Program-made: the position numbers and the translations under genes
Shown: one piece after another, positions 23,901 to 36,760 of the stretch
How positions within the stretch are numbered: the first letter of the stretch is position 1
Layout: every line of letters begins with the position of its first letter
NCBI RefSeq assembly: GCF_004010195.1
Contig: NC_057718.1
Location: forward strand, 52,050,522 to 52,114,521
DNA: 64,000 nt
Direction: 5' to 3'
Source of the DNA: Chiloscyllium plagiosum
Lineage: Eukaryota
The notes under the pieces: generated by a model
What the model was told of the DNA's origin: nothing
What the model saw: only the letters and a program-made list of their open reading frames with translations
Databases searched by the model: none

Positions 23901-26900
23901 ATTCTTAATCCATGAATATTTGGGCTCATGAAACAAGGTGTTCCATCAGGTAGTACAATCCAATGCAATTTCTATTCCTGTTCTGCCATATCATCAAGAT
24001 GTTGTGACTCAAAGCATAATTGCCAAACTGCTGCCATTTTGAATGATTAGTAACGAGCTCTTTTGGATATTCAGTGTGAATGCTGCTGTGCTACATGGAG
24101 AGATTAACAGTCTATTTGAATCATTTCCTTTGCTCTTTCCTGGAGCTTTGGCCATTTGAGAGTTGAGGGAGAAGGACTTGTGGGAGAGATGCTCCTTAAC
24201 CATCTATTCACAATGTTCAGTTAATTCTTCTTGATTTTGCAGATGTTTACCTGAACATTTGTGGAGTTGGCTTTAGGAAGGACACTAGCATTTATTTGAC
24301 AGTATTCCCACAGAATCTGCATTGGTCTATGGACATTGAAGAATATTATTATATTTTCTACTGTGGACCTAATGTTAAATTCAATTATTGTGTATTTTTT
24401 TAATGTGAACATACAAAGAAAGAATTTGTACATATATATGCAAATTATTTAAAAATACATTTAAAATATTGCATCAGCAATGTGCAATAAATAATGACTA
24501 ATTAATCTTTTATTCATTCATGAAATATTGCTGGGCCAATTCTTATCACTCATCCCAAGTTCCTCTTGAGAAGATGATGGCTGTTGTTTTAGAAGTATTT
24601 GCTTCAGGGAGGTTGCTGGACTTCAAACTGCAGTTTTGAGATTTTATTATCTGTCGGACCATTAGCCCATAAATCTTATTAGAAAATATAATTATGTCTA
24701 GTATGGTGGTCCTTCCTGAGATCATGATAAAGGAGTGCACTATCGGTGAGGACTCAATTTAAAAATGATCCCACAGTATGATGGGTTTACACATGCACCT
24801 CTTCCAGCAAATTGCAGAAATTTTCATTGTTGTTATCTCTAAAACTTTCAAAATTAGCATGTAAATACATTACTGTTGCAGATTGAAATATGCATGAAAT
24901 TATCAATATCGTTTTTTTCATTCTCGACTCTACAATAGCCATAATGGCACTGAAAATAGCTGATGTGATGAGCAGGGAAGCAGAGATGATTTGGTTTCCC
25001 TCTTTTCAACTTTTTGTTGGACACAACAAACAATACTTTTTTGCTCACATCTACAATAAAATAAAATTGAAAACATACATGTGTGCTTCATGTCACATTT
25101 TTTTCTTATTTTCTCAGCATTAGCAGGTAACAACATTGTTGTTTCTTTCACTCTTGACTCGTTCCTAATTCAAGAGAAATTAGGCAACTATATTTTATCT
25201 TGAGAGACAAAGGAAACTCGGGTTAGAATCTAGTACAGAAGGAAGATGAAAGGAAAATATAGTTTATGTGTCCTTGCAACACAAGAGTTTAATCTGAGAC
25301 TCTGGTTATTTGAGTGATGTCTTAGACCAATGACATCACTTACCCTTGGAGTTCTCTGGCTGGTATCAGTGGCTTTGGATAAAATGTCAATTTCAATTTG
25401 TCTGTCTGTCCTCTAATGCACACTGAAATGTGGTAATTTGTGGTCAAGTAATGCCTGTAGCCATTTTAAATCAGTCTTTTTGGTTCCTTTTCCAAACTAT
25501 TTCAGATTATAAAAGTCTCAAATTATTAAATTGGATGGCAAAATATAAAAATCAATAGCCCATATTATACATCATCATGACACCTATTACTGTATTAAAT
25601 ACCTGATTAAATAGTTATTGAACGAGTCAAATGGCTACCAGTTCTGACTGTTCAAATAGTGTTTTGATCCACCATGACCTACTAATAAAATATGAAATAT
25701 TTCGTGAAATTCTGTGAAAGGCCAAATGGAAAATCTGACAATTCCTGGAGATGTGAATGTTTGCAAAATATCCTGAAATTCAGCACATGACATTCAGCAA
25801 ATGGAAACATTTTATATTAAGAAACCTGAGCAGTTTGCTGAAAGTATTGTGACCGGAGTGCTATTTTTAGCATCTTGTACCCAGAATTCAGCAAACTGGT
25901 AAAAGCAGATAAGTGTATTTGCCAGAGTCATGAGAAACTCTATGCATTTCCCTGTAACCCTAAAGTATGATATCAATGAACATGAGAAATATATGCTTGT
26001 AAAGCACTTTTGATGATTTTATCCCCACTGCTTGAAGTGAGCCAATAACTTACCAGAGTGCTATGATTAATTTTGCTGCTGCAGATGCTTTTAGAACTCA
26101 CATAGTAGATTGCACAGTTCTTTGATTACTTTGCTTTAATCAAACTCCTCACATAGAAATAGAAAAGGTTGGAATAAAGTAGCTCCCTTCTACTTGCTCT
26201 TTTTATTTGACACACGTGTTTTATTTTGTCTGATAACAATGTACTTGGTCAATTAGTGAGTACTTGACTGAATATGACTGATCATTAAATAATTAATTGG
26301 ATTGGTTTTCTTGAGTTTAACAAATAAAGAAACATGATCAGTTGAAGCATAATAATGCTAAGGAAAGGTAAAAGAGCACACAGTTCATAGTCTGGTGATA
26401 CGGCTGCCTTCAGGCTGAATAAGTAGTTTAAAACTGCAAATAGACACAACTGTGAAATTGAGTTCTTGCTTTAAAATCTATGTATGCGAGACATGGAAAA
26501 AGAATCAAACAATAACCCAAAGGGCCCAAAAGCTTGAAAGTTGGGTCGAAAGAGAAAAAGAGAGAAGCAGGAAAATTCCCTTTTCGGTCATCTTCTTAAA
26601 TTCTCCTCACTTCTACTGAGCGCACATACTTACAGCAAACAGAATGCCGTCAGATCTCCCTTCCCTAACTATTGGGGGTTCAAAATGGGTTCAAGATATT
26701 ACCCTTCAATTCTAAAGATGAGGTGAATAGTTTATGTCTGAAAATGAATTTAACCAAGGCTGCATTGTCTAAACAATTCGAATTAACAGCTGCCTCTAAC
26801 AAATTATTGTCATGGATGACTTTCTAATAAGACAGGAGATGGGAGATTGGAGGGTTTTGCAGACATAGCATCTCCATCTCTATGGTGATTGGAAGATACA

Positions 26901-29900
26901 ATGCATCATGCAGCAATGCAAATTAGGTGATCATCTTGGATATAAGATAAAAACATTTTCAGTCTGGATTTAAATAAAATGTTGGGACCATTATATTATT
27001 TATAAAATAAAACTGATAGTTGTTTCACGCAACACAGTGATAGTGTCCCTAACTCTGAGCCACAAGGACTATCCTGGAGATGTGTGACAGCATGACTGAA
27101 CAGGTTGATTAAACTAACTAAAAATGCGACTTCCATTCAATTGCTAAATTAACTAAGCTTTAACATTGACTTTTTGAAATATTTTCAAGTTGAATTTAGT
27201 TTTGCATTTCCGCAGAAAACATTCAATGAAAGAACAAATTCTAATGAGTAGAATATGAAATGTAAATCAGTTATCATACTAATGCTGGACTTTGGATCAT
27301 AGAAACCAAAACTTATCCCTTGAGTCTTCTTTTATAAGCCTCTAAATTCAGCTTTGCCTTTCTGGCTCTTGTTTAGATATTTGAAATCATCACTTTCCTT
27401 GTCTGTTTTTTTTCAACCTGGCATAACCTGGAGAAATACCAAGTTTTAACAGTGGAATTAGAAGTCCATTTCTTATGCTTCTTTTACCCTCTAACTTAGA
27501 GCAAAGTTCCTGAATGATTTACCTATTATATCTAAGGGTATAACCAAAGTCAGATGCAGGCCGGCACAATAATGTGTCCAACAATATTTGAATGACTGTA
27601 TCCAAATTGGTAAACCAATTTCCATGAGACGATTTGAATGAAGACATAAAGAGAGCAAATTAATAGGACATGAGAAAAAGCACAGATGTTACAGCACATG
27701 TTCAACTCTGGTGCCTGGATGAATACAAATATGGTGGTGCCTGAGAATGTGAGTAGCATGTAATCCTGTGCCAAGGATGCTTTGAAGTTTATGTAATCCT
27801 CAACAATGGGTCCAAGTTCATGCAAAGTTAGCACCACTTAAAGCGAGCCTGCACTCCATAATGTCAGTTCGCAGCATTCAAAGGTGAGCTGCGTCTGGCT
27901 GAAGCAGGTGCTGGAAATGGCTCATAACTATGGAAGAGAATATGACCTATAACATGTTTGACTAATGGCACAATGGGTCAGAGAGTGTTTACAAGTTTCT
28001 GGAGCTGCTGCCAAAGCCTTGGTGCAGAAAGTGCACATGAGGAGAGCAATATTTTCCCCACTTTCACCCAGGCAAACTCTGAGCTAGCAATCAGAATAGA
28101 TAATAGTCAGTCCAAGCAGTGCAACCTCAAGGATGTGGTGACACAAAAGCTTTAATAATCTTGCACATGATCTCAAGGTCAGAGAATGCAGTTTTAAATG
28201 CCAACTCCTTAAATTGTGCTGCTAAGCTTATTGTTAAATTTTTCATATTCACTGGCTCAACCACAAGCTGCTGTATAAGGTAGTAGTTCAGAAAGAGTTA
28301 CTGTTTATGCCGCATTGTGGGTCCGGCCAGTCTGTGGTTGGAGATAAGGAGTCCTACTCCAATCTTCAGAGGGAGCAGATGTATTTGGACAAGCTCGCAA
28401 AAATGTAGTTGTACATATTGTTGGCATGCAATAAACCTTATTGGTAGCTAAGAAAGTGCATTTCTGTGGACCCTAAAAGCTGTTTTTCCCTTCACTACTA
28501 ATCACTTGACTGTTGCTTTGACTGAAAAAAAGTAGGACAGGTGGTAGTGAACTATCTCAAAGAACATCTACCCAGAACCTCAGACTGCTAAAAGTTACAA
28601 AGTATCACAAAATACGAGATTAATCACTTGGAAAATACCACATGAATAATCTTTCTCAATATTGACTCACTCATTCATAGCTTCAACTCACCACCTCATA
28701 ATCTCAGTAACGCTAAAAGTCTCCCATCCAGGATTTGTACACACGGATACTTATTCAAGGATGACAATAGATCACCAGTTTACACTGCATTTAGTGGCAT
28801 TGGTTTCTCTTTCTTACAGGACAAAGTGAAGTGTTATGGGCGGGGGGTAGCACCAACTAACAGCCTAGAGACCAGGTTACAGGCTCTTTCCTGCTTGGAT
28901 GATACCAAACAGTGTGGTGGATTCTGGGACAGTGCATAAATTTAAAAAGGAGACAGACAGATTTTTAATTAATAATGGGTTGAAGGGTTATGGAGACCAG
29001 CCAAGAATATGGAGACGGAGATGAGATCAGCGATGATCGTATCAAGTAGCTTTTAGGTCTTATGCTGTCTAATATGGTGATCTGCATCATCTATATTAGT
29101 CTAATGATTACTCCTTGCATCTGCATTAAGCCTCACTCAAGATAACAGCTAACAGAGGTGCGCACATGGAGGCTACAAATGACACACTGGAATAAAAACA
29201 CCACCTGTAGTGCCAAAGGTATGGGGCCAACATAACTGAAATGACAGCAGATGCAGGTACTTCATAGAATATTGGAGCTGCCATTATCAGTGATTTGTAT
29301 TTTCTGCACTGTTTTAACAACTATTAACACACTTAAAGCAAACAGTTAACCAGTTTAAAATATCAGATATTATCATAAAGCAGGTTTCAGCTGGGAGGGG
29401 GGGGGGTATGGGGCATGTGAATACATCTGCCTGCTGATATAATAGTCCAGGCCTCACAGCTGGGAAAAGGGAACAAAATGAGGAAAAGTTCAGGCCATCT
29501 GAGGTTGCATTCTGTAAATGCCTGGGAGGATTCAGAGACCTCTCATGGGAGGGATGAAAGGGAGTTCAGGAAAGTGCTCTTGCTCTGTCAAGACGCAAAG
29601 CAATTTTGTTCACTTACTGAAAAGGGCATGCAGGTGGCTGCTTCTGATTGACATGTGTTTAATAGCTAAGCAGCTGGTTCAAATTAATTTCCTAGCTGTT
29701 TTTCTCAAGATATCAGCAAGTATATGTGCCTTCCCATTGTTGCTCCTAATCAAACTTGCCATTCACTTTGCTCCATTACCACCCAGAAGAATGAAGTAAG
29801 GCCCAACTTGAAGCATGGAAGTAATCTCCAAGAGGTTCAAGCTGCTAATCAGTAATTACATCGAGCAAAATTAATGCACCCAATTAATAACCTGGGCTAT

Positions 29901-30539
29901 AATGCCCAACATCCATCACTATATTGATTTTTCATTTGCATCTTTCCTGCTTTTCAGACAGGAAACAGATGGCCAGTGGTTGAAATTTTTCTTCTGAGTA
30001 GTTTAGATATAAGTGCACAGAAAGCATAACGCCAACACAATGAAACTTTTATAAATGTTGCTAATGTAAAGAACAATTTACAAGGGATGATTTCACAAAA
30101 TCATTCAATTAACAGGCAGCAAATTAGAAAGAAAAATATCTTGTAGTTCCAGACATCATATCCTGAAACTATAATGTTATTCTACACATGGGCAGGAGTG
30201 ATGATCAATGCTGATCCTTATATAAAAACTTATAGATTTAGAAGAGACAATTATGCAACATTATTTTACTGACTGTTTAGTGTAACTTCAAGTACATCAG
30301 TTTGTGTGATCAGAAACAGTACATCAGAGAGTTACGGGCCATTCTTCCTTTGATCCTGTGCAGGTTTTTTTTAAAGAAGTGGGTCAGTTGTATTTGCTGT
30401 ATCATTACATAAAATTCCAAGGCATGCACCTTTAAAATGGTTATATGATACCACTATGTGACATCCTCGTATAAATGACAGTCAGTATCACAGTGCAATG
30501 AAGTTAGTTTAGAGTGCTCAGGCAGCCTTGTCTATACAA

Positions 30540-31369
30540 GATTTGGAGATGCCAGTGTTGGACTGGGGTGTACAAAGTTAAAAATCACACAACACCAGGT
30601 TATAGTCCAACAGGTTTAATTGGAAGCACACTTGCTTTCGGAGCTTCGCTCCTTCATCAGATGATAGTGGAGGGCTCAATCCTCCACACACACACACACA
30701 CACTGACACACATATACACGGATGCGCACACAGACACCCACATACACCCTTACAGACACACACACAAACACACTAACACACACAGACACACACAGACTTA
30801 AGACACTCTACACTCAATACACACACACATACACTTTCTCACACTCACGACCCCCAACCCAGACAGACAAAGACCCACATGCACACATATATTTTGTGGG
30901 GTGAATTTGTACTTGCAGTACTTTGCTCAAAAACTGCATGCATTCATGTAGAACTCTGATCTCAAAAACTGCATGAATTAATGTAAAACTCCGTTATCTC
31001 ACTTTTTAGATGAGAATCAATCCAAACATATGGCAAAGACAGAGAACACAGGGGGTTAACACCTTCGACATATTGTCTAGCTATCACCATTGATAACAGC
31101 TAACCTGAGAATGCAACTTTATAAAAAAGGTTTTGTGATTTACACATGAAAGAAGTGAAACAATCATAGCATTCAAACAGACGAAAGACTTAACAATCAA
31201 TTTTTCATGTATAATTTCAGTAACATCACACTGTAAATTTTTGCTATAAATTCTGTGTGTTAGGATTGAGCCCTCCACTATCACTTGACGAAGGAGCGTC
31301 GCTCCGAAAGCTAGTGTGCTTACAATTAAACCTGTTGGACTATAACCTGGTGATGTGTGATTTTTAACT
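30540..31369 (+). mobile_element. PLE 3' fragment (family B) with inverted terminal repeat at its 5' end, internal (CA)n-rich tract and 12-bp TSD
   Basis: 30575-30682 is the reverse complement of ~31262-31369; TSD ttgtctatacaa at 30528-30539 and 31370-31381; hammerhead-like cores at ~30629-30663 (-) and 31282-31316 (+). Confidence 0.85.
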
Positions 31370-31547
31370 TTGTCTATACAATATATTGTAGTAGTCAGTG
31401 AGTATAGAACTGAAACTATGAACAAGTCTAAAATATTACAGCAATGCAAATTTTGTTAACAAGGCTCAAGATATCTGTGTCAACTAAAATCTAGTCATTC
31501 CTGTGTGTGTTATGTGAGCTAACATATAGGGCAAGACTCAAATCATA

Positions 31548-31645
31548 TCAAACAAAAGCAGAAACTGATGGAGTAAAAGTCTGGCAGCATCTATGGAGAG
31601 AAAACAGAGTTAATGTTTTGAGTTCTGTGACCCTTCTTCAGAAAC
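31548..31645 (-). mobile_element. PLE terminal repeat (family D), decayed
   Basis: gtctggcagcatctatggagagaaaacagagttaatgttttgagttctgtgacccttcttcaga (rev: CUGAAGA-AGGGUC...ACUC-AAAAC). Confidence 0.65.
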
Positions 31646-31887
31646 ATATCTTACTCGCAGTGAGTGGTGTTTGATCTGGCAAACCATATCATCATGACAT
31701 GTCAAGATGGCAGCCAGTGGGCTCTCAAAGTTAATGGTGACAGGGAGCTAATGGCAGCTGGTTGGTACTGAAAGCTGAAATATTCAACAGCAGTGATAGT
31801 TGGAAAGTGTCCTTTTCCTAATAGTGATTCTTCATCAGCTAACTGAGATCATAACTAAAGTTAAGTGGAGAAGAAATATTTTTGAAG

Positions 31888-31998
31888 TAACAAGCATATA
31901 ATGCTGGAGAAACTCAGTGGCTCTAGCAGCATTTGTGGAGAGAGAAACAGGGTTAACATTTTTGAGTCCAGTATGACTCTTCTTCAGAACTGAAGAGT
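31888..31998 (-). mobile_element. PLE terminal repeat (family D) with short fold-back
   Basis: rev: CUGAAGA-A-GAGUC(AUACUG)GACUC-AAAAAUGUUAAC; fold-back tcttcag-aa-ctgaaga at 31981-31996. Confidence 0.7.
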
Positions 31999-32744
31999 AC
32001 CCTAAAAAAGCTACAGCTGATGAATGTTAAAGGTACTGAAGAATGCTTCAATCTAAGAATCAATTTTTGAGCAAAATACAGAGAAACGAAGCACTGAAAG
32101 GTGTTGTTTATGAACAGGCCTAACTTAACAGTTGATTCTGTCATCTTGCTTTTCCACAGAAGCACAAAAATGAAAAATGGGCATCTGTGACATTACTACC
32201 TTCTTTTTAGAAGTGTGAAAGCTGTCAAAAACTGGTTTCACCTTCTTTGATATACAGTCATAGCAAGGCATCGATATAAAGATAAACTTCAAGTGTCACT
32301 CACTGCTGCAACCAAGTGGAATTGTTTGATCATCTATTCTGAAGATGTACCAGCAGATCTGTTGAAGGATTGGCTATTGGCGACAGATCTTGGCATATGA
32401 GATTTTTAAGCAACCAGTGTCATTGTGAGTATGTGCTACTGCTCAGTCACTTAATAAAGATGTACCAGACTAAGTGTTGTGTTCCATTGCTGTCTGGTTC
32501 TGAACTTGTAGACTACATAAGTGTTTCACTGCAAAGATCTGGAATGTGATTTAAGTGATTCAAACTTTGCCTTAAAGAAAGTAATCATTGTCTCTATTCC
32601 TTCAGAAAGTCACTTTGAGACAAACCCAAAAAATACACTATTGATGCATTGCTAAAATGAGGACGTAAACTCAATGTAGTTGCAGCTAGTCAATAACATT
32701 GATAGGTACTCAACTCTGCAACAAGTCAAAAAAAGTTCAGCAAA

Positions 32745-33068
32745 ACATGGTAGCTCAGTGGTTAGCACTGCTGTCTCACAGCACCAGGGACCTGGTTTTG
32801 ATTCCAGCCTCGGGTGACTGTGTGGAATTTGCACATTCTCCTGTGTCTGTGTGGGCTTCCTCTGTGTGCTCCAGTTTTCTCCCACAGTCCAAAGATGCGC
32901 AGGTTAGGTGAATTGGTCATGCTAAATTGTCCATGGTGTTTAGGGATGTGTAGGCTAGGTGTATTGGGGAATGGATCTGGGTGGGTTTCTCTTTGGAGGG
33001 TCCATGTGGACTTGTTGGGCCAAATGGCCTGTTTCCACAATGTAGTGATTCTATTCTATTCTAAATTC
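32745..33068 (+). mobile_element. HE1-like/V-SINE, full length
   Basis: A-box-like tagctcagtgg, B-box-like ggttttgattcc, V-domain, (TTCTA)n tail. Confidence 0.85.
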
Positions 33069-33149
33069 TGTTGAGATGTAGCTTATCTCACTTCCCAAGA
33101 CAGTGTTCAACAACACTTGGTGTCAACATTTGCAAACTATGTTTCAGAA

Positions 33150-35510
33150 AAGAACACTGGACTAGAATGTATAGAACATTGAATTGCCCAGTGCAGCACA
33201 ATGTTCCATAGCAGAATGTGGAGAAAACTCAGCCAGGGAACAATGCCAAGCCTGCCAATCAAGTCCCAGAAGTATCTGCAACGTCACAGCTACAGATCCC
33301 AATCCAATGATACATGTCTTCAATTTGCCACACCACATGGATATTATCAAAATTCTGGAAGCCTTTACTTTTTTCAAGTGATAAACCACACTCATTATGG
33401 ACAACATGCACTAAATTCCAAGATTGACACTGACACAAGTACAAATATCATCATGCAGGAGATGTACTTGGTTGACTGGTACATCATGCAGGAGATGTAC
33501 TTGGTTGACTGGTGTAGTGCTGGGAAAGCACAGCAGGTCAGGCAGCATCTGAGGAGCAAGAGAATTGACGTTTAAGGCATAAGCCCCTCATCAGGAATGA
33601 GGCTTGTGGGTCATGGCTGAAAGATAAATGGGAGGGGGTGGGGTTTGGGGGAAGGTAACTGAGAAAGCGATAGGTGGATGAAGGTGAGGGAGAGGTGGAT
33701 AGGTCAGAGGGGGGAGTGATCGACAAGTCCGAAGGGCAGTCCGAGTTGGAGACTTGGAACTGGGATAATGTGGGGGGAGGAGAAATGAAGAAGCTGTTGA
33801 AATCCACATCTATACCATATGGTTGCAGGGTCCCAAGGCAGAGTACAAGGTGTTCCTCTTCCTCCAGGCGTTGGGTGATAACGGTTTGGCAGTGGAAGAG
33901 GCCCAGGATCTGCATGTCCTTGAAGGGATGCGAGGTGGAGTTGAAGTGTTCAGCCACGGGGCATTGGGAGTGGTGGGTGTGAGTGTCCCAGAGATGTTCT
34001 CTGAAATGATCCACAAGGTGTCCTGTCTCCCCGATGTAGAGGAGACCACACCAAGTGGTCTCACTCTGATCTCCAGCATCTGCAGCCCTCACTTTCTCTC
34101 TTGGATGCAGTAGATGACATTGGTAGAGGTACAGGTAAATTTCTGACCGATGTGGAAGGATCCCTTGGGACCTTGGATGGAGGTGGGGCGAGTGGCGTGG
34201 GCGCAGGTTTTACACTTCCTGCAGTGACAGGGAAAGGTGCCAGGAGTGGGGTGTGGACTGGTGGGGGGTGTGGACCTGACGAGGGAGGCGTGGAGGGAAT
34301 GGTCTTTTTGGAACGCTGATAGGGGTTGGAACACAGGATAAATGTGGATTTCAACAGCTTCTTCATTTCCCCTCCCCCCACATTATCCCAGTCCCAAGCC
34401 TCCAACATGGCACCACCGTTCGAATCTATCCATTCACTCCCCCCTCTGACCTATCACCTTCTCCTTCACCTTCATCCACCTATCTCTTTCTCAGCTACCT
34501 TACCTCAAACCCAACCCCTCCCTTTTATCTCTCAGACCCGACCCACACGCCTCATTCCTGATGAAGGGCATGTGCCCGAAACATTGATTCTCCTGTATCT
34601 CGAATGCTGCCTGACCTGCTGTGCTTTTCCAGCACTTTACTCTCGACTCTGATCTCCAGCATCTGCAGCCCTCACTTTCTCTCTTGGTTGACTGGTACAT
34701 CTGGTACAATCCAGACAAGGTAAGCTAACTGTTAGATGCATTGGCATTATCCATCTTAAATATCAATATGAATTCTCAGGATGAACAATGAAAAGTTCTA
34801 CATTGTTGATTAAGCAGGACCTCAGTAATTGATTGATCATCATGCAATATCTATGTGTTATCATGATCCACAAGTTAAACACAAGTTGCAACCACAAAGA
34901 TTCCAGACTGAGATATCAAGACTATCCATCAATCTCAACAATCAAGAGAACCTTTCATTCTACGTGAGATTCTATCTGAACTGTTAGAAGTCAATCACGG
35001 ATATTTTCCATGTTCAAGACACAATTACATTCTGATGGCTGACTACATTACTAAATTAACTTCTCTGTGACAATTCAAATGTACCAAAAGTGCAACCAAC
35101 AATAACTCCATGTTCATTACATTTGGCGCTCCTCACAACTTGTTTGAGAAAAAGATACTCTGTTGTCATATCCAGCATAGATCATGTGATGTTGTAATGA
35201 ACAGTCGTCAAGTCTGACAAAGAAATAGGCAACACATCCAAACTGCATGCAGTCAACCATCCACCACACAATGATGGATCAAATACAGAAGAATGCCAGA
35301 TAACAACACATATCAACAAAAAATAATCACATTAATCTGTGACAGTGGACTGCATAGTAAAGCTACAAAGCTCTCTTTTCATAGGCAATTAAGGATTAGA
35401 TCTGGTCATGCCATAAAGTCCACCAAAGTGTTTTGTAAATGTATAGAAATAGTGTGCCTGTATGTATCCTTCTACATGATATCAAAAAAGGGTCCCATTC
35501 TTTAAAAGGA
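33150..35510 (+). mobile_element. Decayed Gypsy internal region (gag Cys-rich, protease, pol C-terminus) split by a PLE
   Basis: ECGENSAREQCQACQS (knuckle-like), KIDTDTSTNII (degenerate DTG protease) at ~33420, RIRSGHAIKSTKVF (TRSGR-like integrase tail) at ~35395. Confidence 0.55.
33514..34682. mobile_element. Rearranged PLE 3' region (family A, Neptune-like) with inverted termini and 14-bp TSD
   Basis: Minus strand PCHCRKCKTC...FTCTSTNVIYCI // CGLLYIGETG...FREH...VAEHFNS (Zn linker plus GIY-YIG); plus-strand copy of the 3' end at ~34335-34682; TSD cttggttgactggt 33500-33513 / 34683-34696. Confidence 0.9.
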
Positions 35511-36289
35511 AATGCCTTACGAATACTGTGCTATTGCATAGACTCCAAGCAGACAGGCAATATACTCTTAAGATGGCTATAAGACATCACGGCATATGAA
35601 ACTCAGAAATAAAAAGGTACACCACCTCACGTGTAGTCACCTTCTCAGTGCACTGGCTCAGTGAGTCAGTGTAATGTGTTCCATCAATTATGTGTATGAA
35701 TTCACGATCATAACCAGTAAGCACAAAACTTAGAATATGTACAGGACTATGACATCTGAGACAACGAGAACCCAATATTTGTGGTAAATGTTATATGAGC
35801 TCACAAACAAGACAGTACTTAGGCCCTATCAAATTGGCATTGATGTTTGACCCAAAAAAAACATGTCATGATGGTACTTCAGTACTTAGCTATGTCCGTC
35901 CAAGTAGGAACAAAGGAATATCCCAAAAATATTTAATAGATTATAAATTGTGGCATTGATCATATATTGTAACCAATTACCAGGTACTTCAATTTTTGCT
36001 GAATTCCACATTTAATTGATGAGTGATTATCTTCTATTCATGTTCCATCATCCTAGTTTAGTACGCCAAACCATCTTTGCTATATCAAAGACAAAGGTTT
36101 TGTTTCGGTAGACTGCTGGTCTTATTGAATGCATGGAGTTTACAAAGATTTCAGTTTTATAATATTAATATAATAGTATAGTTCTATAATATTAATATGG
36201 TGAGGGAGAGAACTGGATCAAGTGGAAGAATGGAGAGTTGGTGCTGAGGTAGGAGCAATTATGATAAGGAATTTTATCCTTGATAATTT

Positions 36290-36760
36290 ACTGGCCTTAA
36301 AACATCTACTTCTACCAGTTTCTCACTCTCTTCTTCATCTTCTTCATTCTTCATTTTTCAACACATCCTCCTCAGGAATCTTCAAGGAAATTATCCACAT
36401 TGTGAAGCATATAGCAAACAATGAACCTGGAAACACTTCCTGTCGTATACTGAACAACCCCAGCTGATCCGATAAGGCAGTTGAATCATTTGCTCACTGA
36501 ATGAGATCCCTTATTTACATGGTGCCCTTATTCCTTTAGAGTTCAGTATCTAATCCTGAAGTAATTGAGTGTGGGTATGCTGTTGGGGGGATTTCACTTG
36601 TATTACAATGAACGTGTCATCGTTATTACCAGGAAACATATTTACAGGGACCCTGGGAAGCATGATGGAGTAAGGAATAGATGGATATATCATGGGTCTG
36701 GACAGACAGAAGATAAGAAAAGACTTGTAGGGAACACAAATTCCCACATAGTCTAGAGCC
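36290..36760 (-). pseudogene. PIF/Harbinger (HARBI1-like DDE) transposase remnant
   Basis: Minus strand VNMFPGNNDDTFIV (cf. FPGSxHD) and K*FNCLIGSAGVVQYTTGSVSRFIVCYMLHN (cf. KxRFRCL...LQYxP...CCxLHN), followed by an acidic GAA-rich tail. Confidence 0.7.

Noticed and set aside
24000..24860. Possible L1 ORF1/endonuclease remnant on minus strand (FFNVHRP)
   Set aside because: Only one degenerate motif.
26620..26745. Possible minus-strand exon (tttcag acceptor ~26738, gtaagt donor ~26632)
   Set aside because: Stops in all three frames and no partner exons; splice-like motifs alone are not enough.
27550..28160. Possible second Harbinger transposase remnant (QVHAKLAP, KWLIT)
   Set aside because: Similarity too weak to support by eye; needs a profile search.
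32290..32520. Possible 5' LTR of the Gypsy remnant (AATAAA, ends actaca)
   Set aside because: No matching 3' LTR, primer-binding site or TSD could be identified.
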